Assembly: GCA_030603365.1 (NCBI GenBank)
Contig: JAUVXV010000001.1
Span: forward strand, 544,001 to 608,000
DNA from: Candidatus Heimdallarchaeota archaeon
GTDB taxonomy: Archaea > Asgardarchaeota > Heimdallarchaeia > Heimdallarchaeales > Heimdallarchaeaceae
Length of the DNA stretch: 64,000 bases
Reading direction: 5' to 3'
Each line of letters opens with the position of its first letter. Position 1 is the first letter of the stretch. The notes below the pieces were generated by a model, which did no database searches, had not been told where the DNA came from, and saw nothing but the letters and a program-made list of their open reading frames with translations. Of this stretch, positions 9,962-20,413 are shown in pieces. The translations under genes and the position numbers were made by a program.

Positions 9962-12103
9962 TTAAATTTCATGGTAATCATAAAATTTGGTTATTTTATC
10001 CTCTAGAATTATAGATTCGGCTTGAACAAGATGTAAATTCTCTTTCAACCAGTTTGGTAAATGTTTTTTGTAATAATGTCTTATAAAACGGTAATCTAGA
10101 AGCACTATTACTGCATAATCCTCTAAACTTCTTATAGGTCTTCCAGCTGCTTGAGAAGCTCTTGTTAGTGCAGGAATATTATATCCAAATTCTCTTCCTT
10201 TAGTTGGGAATTGACTCTCTAAATATTCGATCATTGCATTAACAGTTGGACTAGGACGTGCATAGGGTATACCTACAATAATTACACTTTGCATCTCTTT
10301 CCCAGGGTAATCACTTCCTTCGGAAGACCGTCCTCCTAAGACAGAAATCAAAACCGCACCATTTTTTCGAGACTCGTTTTTAAAGTCCTCAATTAACTTA
10401 TCATTTTCTAATGAAGACATACCTTGATAAGCTATGAAAAGAGGTTTTGATAGACTTCTTTCCAAACCTATATCCAGTAGACTCTTCATAATTGAATAAC
10501 TCGCGCAAAAAACACCTGTATTTTTTGGGGTAGATTCAACTACTGTGTTAATAACCTCAACCATTTTTAAAAAAGTCGCAGGGACTCTATCTTCGAGTTT
10601 AGAAGAAATTTTGTCTATAACTAAAGTAATATGATTTTCTTTTTCATAAGGAGAAGGTAGATTTAGACTTACAGTTTTAGCCTCAGGGATACCTACCAGA
10701 GAAATATATGCATCGAATGGATCTAAAGTTCCTGATAATGAAACTGTGAGATAGGTTTTTTCAAAAATCTCTTTTGTGATAGTTCTAGGATCTAGAGAGA
10801 GTGAGATTAATTTGGAATTAGAATCTCCGCTTTTTGTTTCGGTTTTTGATTGGAAGAATGCATAACTCTGTTTTCCTTTATTTTCCAATAATTGATTTAG
10901 GTGTTTAGCAACAGCATTATTGTAAGACAGTGGAGCTTTATTCTGCTTAACTTGAATCTCTTTAACAAAATCACCTAATCTTTCTAGAGCTTGTATGAGT
11001 TTGTTATCAATTTGCTGCTTAGCTCTTTTTTCAACTTTTTCTATGAATTCATTGGGATCTATTCTTACTTCTTCGCCAACACCTAATTCCTTCGTATCAT
11101 CATTTAAAACTGACTGTAACGCTTCTAACAAATCATAAATCTCTCCCATCTTATATTTCATCGCCTCAGATTGAGCTTGATCTATACTATAACTAGTCAA
11201 TATGCTACTGCTGATATCAACAGCTGTAGATGGTAAATTATGGGCTTCATCTATGATTAGAATCAAATCATCAAGTCCTTTTTCAAGATTTTGAAGGAAC
11301 GAATTTCGTATACTTGGATTAAAGATGTACTGATAACTTACTGCAATTACATTAGAATTAGATGTTATTTTCTTCGAAATCTCAAAAGGACACATTTCCA
11401 GAGATTTACCAATATCAAGGATTTCCAAACTATCTAATATTTGATTGTAAGTAATCTTTTTCATATTATCGAGTTTTTGCTTTTTACCCATGTTAAGGAA
11501 ATACTTGCATTTACCTTCTTTCTTCAAATATCTACAAATATCCGCAGCATTAGCGGCATCAAGTGAGAATTTTTGGATAATTGGGTGCAAACATAGCTCC
11601 TTCCTTCCTCTTAAAGCAACTCCAGAAATAGGTTTAAGTTGTTTAATCATCTTGAGCTCTTCAATTACTCTGCTCATTTGTTGATGTGTACGACAACTAT
11701 ATACCACTGTTTTGTTTTTTTCAAGACTAATAGGAAGAACAGCAGTCAAAATCGCTATTGTTTTTCCAACTCCATTTGCAGCTTGAATAATAAAGTGATA
11801 CCCTCTTTTCCCTTTTTTTGTAATAGTTTCTGCAATCTCCTTTTGTAGTGGTCTAATTGATAGATATGGAAAAAAGCTTTCCCAATTTTTTTGTCCAGAT
11901 TTTTGCTTCTTTAATTCTGGATCTATTATTTTAGATGGTTTTGTTTGTTTAGTTTGTGATATCTTTTTTTTAACAACTGTTATCTTCTTGCACTTAGAGC
12001 ATTGCTTTTCACCATAACCATTCGGAAGAATCTTTCCACAATCTGGACAAAAGATGTATGCATCATTTTCTTGTTCTCCCGTATCAAAAGAATGGTTATT
12101 CAT
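9962..12103 (-). CDS. xpd: XPD/Rad3-family Fe-S SF2 DNA helicase with N-terminal Zn ribbon
   Basis: FPYLSIRPLQ Q motif, AANGVGKT, four Fe-S Cys, DEAHN, SGTL, SEGSDY, QAAGRPIR. N-terminal CPDC/CSKC. Start ATG 12103 preferred. Confidence 0.9.
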   Translation of the reverse strand: MNNHSFDTGEQENDAYIFCPDCGKILPNGYGEKQCSKCKKITVVKKKISQTKQTKPSKIIDPELKKQKSGQKNWESFFPYLSIRPLQKEIAETITKKGKRGYHFIIQAANGVGKTIAILTAVLPISLEKNKTVVYSCRTHQQMSRVIEELKMIKQLKPISGVALRGRKELCLHPIIQKFSLDAANAADICRYLKKEGKCKYFLNMGKKQKLDNMKKITYNQILDSLEILDIGKSLEMCPFEISKKITSNSNVIAVSYQYIFNPSIRNSFLQNLEKGLDDLILIIDEAHNLPSTAVDISSSILTSYSIDQAQSEAMKYKMGEIYDLLEALQSVLNDDTKELGVGEEVRIDPNEFIEKVEKRAKQQIDNKLIQALERLGDFVKEIQVKQNKAPLSYNNAVAKHLNQLLENKGKQSYAFFQSKTETKSGDSNSKLISLSLDPRTITKEIFEKTYLTVSLSGTLDPFDAYISLVGIPEAKTVSLNLPSPYEKENHITLVIDKISSKLEDRVPATFLKMVEVINTVVESTPKNTGVFCASYSIMKSLLDIGLERSLSKPLFIAYQGMSSLENDKLIEDFKNESRKNGAVLISVLGGRSSEGSDYPGKEMQSVIIVGIPYARPSPTVNAMIEYLESQFPTKGREFGYNIPALTRASQAAGRPIRSLEDYAVIVLLDYRFIRHYYKKHLPNWLKENLHLVQAESIILEDKITKFYDYHEI

Positions 12104-12421
12104 AAGCTTCTTTGCTCTGTTCCAAAGAGGTCTTATAAGCTTTGTCAAGGGAGTAAGGTGAAAATAAAAAGTCAAGTAACAATAACTCTGTATTCAAGAG
12201 AATCTTTGGTTTAGTTTACTGGAAAAATAGTTAATTTAATAAGTTACTTTGTACATTATATAAGTAACAGCTTGAAACTAGACTGGAAAATACAAAACAG
12301 CTAGTAATCTTTAAATATAACACAAAGTGAAGAGCTATTTCATCACTGGCTCTAGTCTCGAAGACTGACACTTAAGTGGCAATATTGAACTGGGGAAACT
12401 CAAGGTCTGGTTTGGGAAGCT

Positions 12422-14197
12422 ATGACTCAAGAAAATATTAGAAATTTAGATGAATTGTTGGAAAATACAGCTATTCTAGTGGAAACTATAGCTTCTGAAA
12501 TTGTACATTCTACGGATAAAATTTATGCAAGTTTTCCTCCTGGTGAAACGGGTTTCAGCCTTTTTGAATTTAAGAACGATAAATTCTTGAGAGAATTTAC
12601 TGAAAATTTTGAAGCAATAAAAACAACAATAGAGAAAGAAATTACCAATTTACCTTTTGAAAAGGAAAATGAGGTTCTAATACTAGCGAACCTTCTAACT
12701 GAATTAAAAGAATACGATTTAGCAATTCAAATTTATCATTATCTAACCCAATATAATCCTGAGAATCGTTTTGCATGGGCGAATTTAATGTCTATTTTCA
12801 TTCTTAAAGGCAAACACGACAAAGCGATGGATTGTTATTTGCACCTTCCACCAGATTTTCTTGAACATGCAAACAACGAAAAGAAAGATGCAACTGCAGA
12901 TGCTTACAGAATCCTTAATATTTCTACTGCATATCCACTACATAAATCACTTAGTTCTATAGGTCGAAGAGCTCAATCCTCAACAGATCTCAAACACCAT
13001 TTTGAGCAAGAATTACGTGATTTGTATACTAACAAGGATTTTGTAAATGGTCAAGAAGCCTTAGCGAATGGTAACACTGATGAAGCATTCATACTTTTTT
13101 CAAGTGTAGTCCTTAAACAACCTGACAGTCATGTTCTTCTCTTCTTTACAGGAAAAGCTGCAATAGAAGGACAACATTACCTTATTGCAGAAGAATATTT
13201 CAAAAAAGCTATTCAAATTAAGAATGATATACCTGAATACTGGAATGAACTTGCTGATTGTTTCTTCTTACAACATAAGAATGAGCAAGCAATAAAGGCA
13301 TTAAAGACAGCTTTAACTCTAGATCCAACATGTTTAGAGTGTTGGAATTTAGCAGGTAAAGCTTTCTCCACTATTGAATCTATGAATGAATATGACTATT
13401 TCATAAAACAAGCACAATTAATGTCTTCAGCTGAAGCGATATTAAGTTTCGTTGATGGTTTAATAACTAAAAAACGTTTTGAAAATGCTCTTGAAGTTTT
13501 ACAAATCGGAGTATCTAAATTCCCAGAAGATGTCCGAATCCTTGAGAATTTAGCTTTAGTTTACGAAAGAATGGGTAAATTTGATGAAGCAATTGGAACC
13601 TATGAAGATTTATTGATGACTGGAAAATCTGTTCATAAATATCTACAGAAGATTACTTCTATACTTACTGTTTTACATGATGATAAAAGACTCGTTAGAA
13701 TTCTCAAGATGGTATCCTCTTACTTACCATGGGATGAAACAACCTTGTGGAATAAAATAGGGGACTTATTGATGAGAGCTAAAGATTACTTAGGTGCAAG
13801 TGAAGCTTTTCGTAAAGTAATTTCTTTTGATCCAAATGATTCTAGAATTCAATTTAATCTTGGTCTTGCTTATCAGGAGCTCTCACTTTTCAAAAAAGCA
13901 GAAGAAACTTATCAAAAAGTGCTTGAGTTAAACCCAGACGATCATGCATGTTTAAACAACCTAGGAAATGTTCTGAAAGAAATGAAAAGATATGATGAGG
14001 CTATAGAATCATATCAAACCGCAATAGAAATTGAACCAGATAAAGCAATTTCTTGGGCAAATCTAGGAATTATATACGAAGAGCTCAAATTAAAAAATGA
14101 AGCAAAAGAATGTTATCAGAAAGCTAAAGATATTTCCATGAAAAATAAAGATTATAAAACAGCTGCAAAATTCGAGGAATGGGAAAATTCAATATGA
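12422..14197 (+). CDS. Tetratricopeptide-repeat protein
   Basis: Many TPR units (e.g. WNKIG..., FNLGLAY..., NNLGNVL...A...Y..A..I.P). Confidence 0.9.
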   Translation: MTQENIRNLDELLENTAILVETIASEIVHSTDKIYASFPPGETGFSLFEFKNDKFLREFTENFEAIKTTIEKEITNLPFEKENEVLILANLLTELKEYDLAIQIYHYLTQYNPENRFAWANLMSIFILKGKHDKAMDCYLHLPPDFLEHANNEKKDATADAYRILNISTAYPLHKSLSSIGRRAQSSTDLKHHFEQELRDLYTNKDFVNGQEALANGNTDEAFILFSSVVLKQPDSHVLLFFTGKAAIEGQHYLIAEEYFKKAIQIKNDIPEYWNELADCFFLQHKNEQAIKALKTALTLDPTCLECWNLAGKAFSTIESMNEYDYFIKQAQLMSSAEAILSFVDGLITKKRFENALEVLQIGVSKFPEDVRILENLALVYERMGKFDEAIGTYEDLLMTGKSVHKYLQKITSILTVLHDDKRLVRILKMVSSYLPWDETTLWNKIGDLLMRAKDYLGASEAFRKVISFDPNDSRIQFNLGLAYQELSLFKKAEETYQKVLELNPDDHACLNNLGNVLKEMKRYDEAIESYQTAIEIEPDKAISWANLGIIYEELKLKNEAKECYQKAKDISMKNKDYKTAAKFEEWENSI

Positions 14198-14733
14198 GCT
14201 TTTCGAAAGAGAAAAAACATCTTGAATGGCAAGAAGTACCCCTTAAAATAGCTAGATTTTTAAGAAATAATAGTTTTGAAGTTTGGAACGAAAGATCAAT
14301 TGAAAAGAAAAGAGTTGATATTCTTGCTAAACGGGCCTACAAGAACAAAACTTATTATATTATACTCGAATTCAAGCATTACGAGAAAGTAACAGGTAGT
14401 GCAGAAGATAAATTTCTAGAACAGTTACGAGAGTATCTGAGGATATTTGTTCAACGAGAACTGAAGAGAAAAGGTTTCAGTCACATATCTCGCAATTATG
14501 TTTTTATTGGTTATCTTGTTCTCTCAAAGGATTATGGTATATATAAAAACCGTCGTAAAAACTGGAGAAAAGAAAGATTATTTCCTGAAGATAAGGATTT
14601 AGAATATATTTGGAAACGAAATCTGTATCTCTTCAGTTCAACTGAGGACTATATTCGTTCGAATTTGGAATTAGTTGGATTACCCTTTTACTCCCAGACC
14701 TCTATTCAGGATTTTACTGATAAAGAAATATAA
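14194..14733 (+). CDS. Putative PD-(D/E)xK nuclease with C-terminal PIP-like motif
   Basis: E..RVDILAK...ILEFKHY pattern, C-terminal QTSIQDF, ATGA overlap with the TPR gene. Confidence 0.6.
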   Translation: MSFSKEKKHLEWQEVPLKIARFLRNNSFEVWNERSIEKKRVDILAKRAYKNKTYYIILEFKHYEKVTGSAEDKFLEQLREYLRIFVQRELKRKGFSHISRNYVFIGYLVLSKDYGIYKNRRKNWRKERLFPEDKDLEYIWKRNLYLFSSTEDYIRSNLELVGLPFYSQTSIQDFTDKEI

Positions 14734-14768
14734 TAACAGTAAAAAACCCTTAGTGTAATTTAGTTTTA

Positions 14769-15683
14769 ATGAGTGTTGACCTATCCAAATTTAAAGATGA
14801 GTTGTATTCGATTCATATTCTTGAAGAAGGTGTGAATCTATTTAGTGAAAAGTTCGAAGATTTTTTAAATGTTGATGATGTTCTTGTATTTGGTTTTATT
14901 TCAGCACTTTATAGCTATACATATGCCATAGGTCATGAAGAAGTCAAATCAATTGATTTCGGAAGTTGTAAGTTTCTTTTCTTGCAATTGTTTGATAATA
15001 GATTATTAGTAGTTATTACTAAAGATGAGATTTCAAGTGAGAATGAAAATATTTTGTTGAAGAATATTGCACTCAGATATGAAATTCTGACTGAAAACAA
15101 ATCTATTGGTCAGATTAAATCTTTACTTGACATAGAAAATACTATTATCCCTCTAGATATTGTTGCTGAGATTAGAAAGAAGAAATACAAGAAACAAGAA
15201 GAAGATGCTATCCCCCTAGACCTTCCAGCAATTCCTGAGATACAAATACCTGAAGTAAAAATTGAGAATTTTTATGTAGAGATGCTCACTGATGAAACAC
15301 AACTCTCTGTGGATAAACTTAATACAATTAAAAAAACTTTAACAAACTTCTTTCTAGGATATAAGACTTTAATATCAAGCCTTTTTGCAATTGCTAAGCA
15401 AGAAAAATTGATTTCATTTGTTTTTAGCAGAAAAACTTTCGATGAGATATATCCTCTTGTTAAATTCATTATCACTAATCCTTCCGAAATTGATGTGAAT
15501 TCAGAGAGTATTCAGAGTCACATTAAAGGAGTAAAAATTGATGATGAGGATTTATACGTCCTGATTTATCTTTCAAAAAAACAGAACACTAAATCTGTCG
15601 TATTTAGCAAATATAAGGACGAACTTGAATCTCTTGCTCCACACCTAAGTAGAATCTCCAAATTTGTTGAAAAGATGATTTGA
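14769..15683 (+). CDS. Longin-like domain protein (Asgard-type)
   Basis: N-terminal LYSIHILEEGVNLF...DDVLVFGFISALYSY...VKSIDFG matches the Asgard longin pattern as recalled; Pro-rich linker and a second alpha/beta domain follow. Confidence 0.6.
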   Translation: MSVDLSKFKDELYSIHILEEGVNLFSEKFEDFLNVDDVLVFGFISALYSYTYAIGHEEVKSIDFGSCKFLFLQLFDNRLLVVITKDEISSENENILLKNIALRYEILTENKSIGQIKSLLDIENTIIPLDIVAEIRKKKYKKQEEDAIPLDLPAIPEIQIPEVKIENFYVEMLTDETQLSVDKLNTIKKTLTNFFLGYKTLISSLFAIAKQEKLISFVFSRKTFDEIYPLVKFIITNPSEIDVNSESIQSHIKGVKIDDEDLYVLIYLSKKQNTKSVVFSKYKDELESLAPHLSRISKFVEKMI

Positions 15684-15823
15684 TGCTTTTTGAAATCTTT
15701 TCCATATTTTATGTTCTTTGGGTTTAAATACCAATTTCAATCTTATCTGGTGAATTCAACGAGAATAAAGATAAGATTGATATACTATTAATTCTATTTT
15801 TACCCAAAGTGTTGGTGAATGTA

Positions 15824-16204
15824 ATGAGTCTCTCTGGACAACAAATCGAACAAACATTGCATGAGTTTGAGGCAAATACTGAAGGAATTTTAGGATGTTC
15901 AATAATCTATGCAAAAGATGCTCTGTTATTAGCAGAATCATCTCAAAAATTCGAAAGGCTCGTGATTCAATGGTTAAGTGAGAAAATGCTCTCATTAGCA
16001 AAAGAGTCGTTACAACAATTGATGAAAGAGTTCACTCTTTTGAGTGTTACAATAGAAGAAAAAGATCATTTCGTTTATCTTCGTCCAATTGGTGATGACT
16101 ATTATGCAGTAATAATAACCACGAAGGAAGAAAACAGAGGATTGTTGGAGCATAATATCAAAAGGTTACTACAAAAATTAACTCCAATGATGTTGCTTAG
16201 TTAA
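15824..16204 (+). CDS. Roadblock/LC7 domain protein
   Basis: About 125 aa, helix-GILGCSII..DALLL-helix-three strands-NRGLL helix; GGTGA SD before ATG 15824. Confidence 0.75.
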   Translation: MSLSGQQIEQTLHEFEANTEGILGCSIIYAKDALLLAESSQKFERLVIQWLSEKMLSLAKESLQQLMKEFTLLSVTIEEKDHFVYLRPIGDDYYAVIITTKEENRGLLEHNIKRLLQKLTPMMLLS

Positions 16205-16223
16205 TATATAGAGGTCGAAAACT

Positions 16224-16610
16224 GTGGATCTAACTACTCTGAAAGTACTAGCAAAAATGGCTAGTGGGGAAGAAGGACCTAATGCAAGATTCAACTTTAT
16301 GTCTTCAGATACTAAAGGATTCTTGTGTTCTTGTTCAACTCTGGAGGAATTATATGAATGTGTAACAAGTCTAGAACCAGATATAATACTTGCTCATGTA
16401 TGCTCATGTGAGGAATTTGATCAATCATCAGGAACAAGAGATTTAGCATTTTATATTCACTACGTTTTTGGTGATGTAGAACTTTCTATGAAGATATACA
16501 GCGTAGCTGAGAGGTATGCTGAAGATTCAGACAAATTAAAACTTGAAATTGGTAATCTTTTATTCACTAGGCTATTAAACTACAGCGAAATAGCATTAAT
16601 TCCTGATTAA
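16224..16610 (+). CDS. DUF5752-like hypothetical protein
   Basis: F.F...STLEELYE...ILAH...RDLAFYIHYVFGDVELS.KI resembles the recalled DUF5752 pattern (xLxEL...YH...NDFAxWV..LGDxxLA). Confidence 0.5.
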   Translation: MDLTTLKVLAKMASGEEGPNARFNFMSSDTKGFLCSCSTLEELYECVTSLEPDIILAHVCSCEEFDQSSGTRDLAFYIHYVFGDVELSMKIYSVAERYAEDSDKLKLEIGNLLFTRLLNYSEIALIPD

Positions 16611-16680
16611 CATTTATCAAAATTCTTTTTTATTCAAAGTTACTTCTTCAATTCGTCTCTTAAAAATAGGTGAAATTAAT

Positions 16681-18798
16681 TTGAGCTCAAAATGTCCAAA
16701 GTGTAAAGGTATTGGTAAGATAATAAAAGAGAAAATGACCTGTCCTTCCTGTCTTGGAATAGGAAAAACATCCTTTACTCTAGGTGGGGATGAAGAGGGA
16801 AAGCCTTGCGAAAAATGCGATGGGAAAGGAAAAATAATCCTCCGGGAAAAATGCCCTATTTGTGGTGGGAAAAAAACTGTCAAATACTGCAGTTCATGTA
16901 GAAAAATACTATCAGAACCATCATCTTCTGGATTATGTTCAAAGTGTGAAAAGAGAAAAGTACCATTAGTGTATTCACTTAAACCTCCTATTGATTCTCA
17001 ATTAATCCGAAAAGAAATGCTATTACTTTCAAGAGTTGAAAGCGTAAAAAAAGTAGGTGTTTTTGTTTCTGTTTCACCTAAGCTTAACGTCTTAATTAGA
17101 ACTAAAGATATCACACAAGATTATGCTTGGGATATAGGTGAAGAAGTAATTGTCAAAGTAAATTTCATCAATGACCAAGGAAAGCTTTCTGGTGTTCCTG
17201 TACATCTAGAAGACTATGTATCTGAGTCTTTAAGAGGTAGGGTTCGAAAATTACAGATTAGCAACTTAAACGAAGATATGGAAGGATCATTCATATCCAT
17301 AAATGCTCAAGTGGTTTCTATTCTTCAAACCTCAGGTCCTACTAGATTTACACTAGTTGACCCTTCTGGCACAATCACTGCTGCTGCTTTCATTAAACCA
17401 GGAGAAAGAGCTTTTTCTGAAATTACTGAGGATATGGTTGTTTCTGTTTTCGGTGAAATCAACAAACACCGTGATATTCTTCAAATCGAGATTAAAGATA
17501 TGGAAAAATTAGCGACCTCAGAAACAGCTGGAATTCTAAAAGAAATAGAAAAAGCGATAGACACCAAATCTACACCAAAAGAATTTAACTTTTCCATCAA
17601 AAGTGAATTATTAGAAAAGTTACGACCAGACTTAATAGCTGTTGCTAAAAGAATCAGAAAAGCTGTTTTCACAGGACAACCCATCTTTATTCGAAATCAT
17701 GCAGATGCTGATGGGACAGTTGCAGGTTTCACTGTAAAACGAGCTATTCAAAAAATTATGGAACAAGAAGGATATGATTCTGATACAATTAGAATTCGTT
17801 TAAAACGGCTACCAAATAAACCTCCATTTTTTGATGCCATCGATGTAACTAAAGACTTGGAATTTGCCCTATCCGATCAAGAAAGATTTGGTGACAAATT
17901 ACCTCTATTCCTCTGTATGGATTTTGGATCCAGTACCGAATCTCTATTCCCTTATCTACAAATCAAATCACTAGGTTTAGAAATTCTTGTTGTAGATCAC
18001 CATTTTCCAGATAAAGAAATCAAGGAATTAGTGGATTATCATGTTAATCCATACTTTGTTGGTGGAGGATACGAGCTTTCAGCTGGAATGCTAGGTTATG
18101 AACTAGCAAGAATCATCTGCCCTGATGTAACAGAAGAGATGAAACATCTACCTGCTATTGCTGGTTTAATGGATAGAGTAGAAGGGAAAGAGATACAGGC
18201 CTATATCAAACTTGCAGAAGAGAAGGGATATACTGTTGATGATCTGCGAAATATTGGATTATCTGTTGATTATGAAGTATACAACTTGAGATTCTCTGAA
18301 GGATCTCATATCCTTAGCATTTTATTTGGTGTTAATGTTCCCGTAGAGTGGCACACAAAAATGTTTAATCTAATCGGAAGGGAAACAAAGCAAATGATGG
18401 AGAAGTCCTTTAGGAATGCTCTTCCACATAGTAAAACTAAGATACTAACGAATAATGTTCTATTTGTAACTCTTGATGTTGAATTATTTTCACATAGATT
18501 CACATTTCCCAATCCAGGGAAACTTACAGGGTTAATATTTGACTACTATTGTGAGAAAAACAAAGATAAAGCTGTCGTAACTTTAGGTGAAGGTCCAGAT
18601 TTCATAATATTGCGTTCTAAAGGATTGAAAATAAATTTTCCTGATGCTGTTAAACTTATGCAGAAAAAGTTACCTGAAGCAGATGTTGAGGGTGGAGGGC
18701 ATGAAGTTGTAGGATCAATTAAGTTCTATGAAGGGGAAAGAAAGAAAGTTAAGAAATTCTTCATTGAATATCTTTCAACTCTAGAGATGACTAAGTGA
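16681..18798 (+). CDS. Archaeal RecJ-like DHH phosphoesterase with DnaJ-type Zn finger and OB folds (COG1107-like)
   Basis: Repeated CxxCxGxG, S1/OB regions, HADADG, VDHH, GGGH. TTG start after AGGTGA. Confidence 0.9.
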   Translation: MSSKCPKCKGIGKIIKEKMTCPSCLGIGKTSFTLGGDEEGKPCEKCDGKGKIILREKCPICGGKKTVKYCSSCRKILSEPSSSGLCSKCEKRKVPLVYSLKPPIDSQLIRKEMLLLSRVESVKKVGVFVSVSPKLNVLIRTKDITQDYAWDIGEEVIVKVNFINDQGKLSGVPVHLEDYVSESLRGRVRKLQISNLNEDMEGSFISINAQVVSILQTSGPTRFTLVDPSGTITAAAFIKPGERAFSEITEDMVVSVFGEINKHRDILQIEIKDMEKLATSETAGILKEIEKAIDTKSTPKEFNFSIKSELLEKLRPDLIAVAKRIRKAVFTGQPIFIRNHADADGTVAGFTVKRAIQKIMEQEGYDSDTIRIRLKRLPNKPPFFDAIDVTKDLEFALSDQERFGDKLPLFLCMDFGSSTESLFPYLQIKSLGLEILVVDHHFPDKEIKELVDYHVNPYFVGGGYELSAGMLGYELARIICPDVTEEMKHLPAIAGLMDRVEGKEIQAYIKLAEEKGYTVDDLRNIGLSVDYEVYNLRFSEGSHILSILFGVNVPVEWHTKMFNLIGRETKQMMEKSFRNALPHSKTKILTNNVLFVTLDVELFSHRFTFPNPGKLTGLIFDYYCEKNKDKAVVTLGEGPDFIILRSKGLKINFPDAVKLMQKKLPEADVEGGGHEVVGSIKFYEGERKKVKKFFIEYLSTLEMTK

Positions 18799-18803
18799 CG
18801 AAG

Positions 18804-20303
18804 CTAATTCTCGTCTTCAATTTCTTCATTGCTATCTTTATCTTTTTTTCTTCTGAAAACCTTTCCAATTCCACTTTTAGTTTTAGAATAGGCTCCTCCT
18901 ATTGCACCTGCTACTTTCTTAGTAGGAGAAATGAAAACTTTCACTGCAGCTGATTTTACACCGTATTTCATACCTTCTTTAAGTACCATATTTGCATATT
19001 GTTTCCATGAATCCTCCCCTCTCTTTACTCTGTCAATTCTTTCTACGAGCTCATCAAATGGTGGTAAGAACTCAAATCTATATAATTCAGGTGATGCATA
19101 GTTTCTGAATCTCTTAGATGCTCGATAGTTCAAAATGAAGAATATCATCAAACATGGAATAGCGATCAATGCTATTTTATCTTTGATATAAACTAAATCA
19201 ATATTAGCGAAAAATTGAGTGAAAATTCCACCAAATAGATCATTTTTTGTCACTATATGAAGGAATGTGATATGATAACTGAGAACCAAACCCATTACAG
19301 TAATCAAAACACCTAATGGTGACATAAATCTAGGAATCTTGAGTAAGAACCATGGTTTTTCTTCTTCAGTTTCTATTATTTCTTTCTTTTTCTTCTTCTT
19401 CTTTGATCTCTCTTCTTCAATTAGGATAACTTCTTTCTCTATTCCCTTCTCAATGCGTTTAACTTTTCTAGCATAAGTTGAGACAGAGTAAAATATCAAA
19501 AACAATGCAGTAAGTATGCTACCAACATTGTCACTAGGATCATTTTCTGTAACAGTATAGATAGTTAATTTCCACAATGTAAATGAAGAAAAGACATAAA
19601 AAAATGCAAGTATTGTATAGAATACATCATCCTTCTTTCCTAGTACGAATATTATTACATTAGTCAATATAACAGCAAGAATAACAAAAGATGCTGAGAT
19701 TAATAGAAATAGCTGAAAATCCACGAAAATAGAGTAATATATCAAATAACCTCCCATCGCTGCATTTACAAAAGATAAAATAAAAACTACTAAGCTGAAT
19801 ATTACTGTTCCTTCATTTGCTTGTTTACCTAAGAACATGATGCTGCCTAGAACTTTATTTCCCCAAAAGTTTCTAGATATAGAGAAAGTTAAGAAAATTG
19901 AAACTCCTATCCAGCCTAGATACCCTATAGCAGCTATAAAAGGGGAAATGTTCTTGATTTCCTCTACGAAATATAATAGTGCAGTTCCTCCCCCAGCTGT
20001 GAGAATAGCAGGCCCTGCCCAGTATTTTAATGGATATTTAGCAATGAAAAGACCAAAAATGATGTATGTAACAGCAACTGATAACTCGATTAGGATAAGA
20101 ATCCTTGCTGTCTCAGCTAAAGCGGTATAATAGGGCTCTGACCCTTGTAATTGATTCTCAATTAGATAAAATATCGTTGAAGTTACTGAAATGAGTATAA
20201 ACGCTATTGTGTAGAAAATGTACCTTTTACTAAAAAGAACTCTTATTCCACTTGTAAAAATGTTCTTGATGAATTTGTAAAAAGCTTTCTCAACATATGA
20301 CAT
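18804..20303 (-). CDS. Multi-pass membrane protein of unknown function
   Basis: About 10 hydrophobic helices, a Lys-rich loop and a charged C-terminus. Confidence 0.7.
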   Translation of the reverse strand: MSYVEKAFYKFIKNIFTSGIRVLFSKRYIFYTIAFILISVTSTIFYLIENQLQGSEPYYTALAETARILILIELSVAVTYIIFGLFIAKYPLKYWAGPAILTAGGGTALLYFVEEIKNISPFIAAIGYLGWIGVSIFLTFSISRNFWGNKVLGSIMFLGKQANEGTVIFSLVVFILSFVNAAMGGYLIYYSIFVDFQLFLLISASFVILAVILTNVIIFVLGKKDDVFYTILAFFYVFSSFTLWKLTIYTVTENDPSDNVGSILTALFLIFYSVSTYARKVKRIEKGIEKEVILIEEERSKKKKKKKEIIETEEEKPWFLLKIPRFMSPLGVLITVMGLVLSYHITFLHIVTKNDLFGGIFTQFFANIDLVYIKDKIALIAIPCLMIFFILNYRASKRFRNYASPELYRFEFLPPFDELVERIDRVKRGEDSWKQYANMVLKEGMKYGVKSAAVKVFISPTKKVAGAIGGAYSKTKSGIGKVFRRKKDKDSNEEIEDEN

Positions 20304-20413
20304 GTTTATTCAATATAGACAATATATAATAAAAGTTTGGAAACAGTTTGATAAAGTAATTGAGAGTTTGTTTTTTCTGTTTCATAATCGTTAAATAACT
20401 CAATCAAAATTAT

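Noticed and set aside
12385-12421. ggggaaactc as RNase P CR-I, or gtgaaga...ctga just upstream as a C/D-box sRNA
   Set aside because: The downstream sequence is TPR coding with no CR-V, and the C'/D' spacing does not fit.
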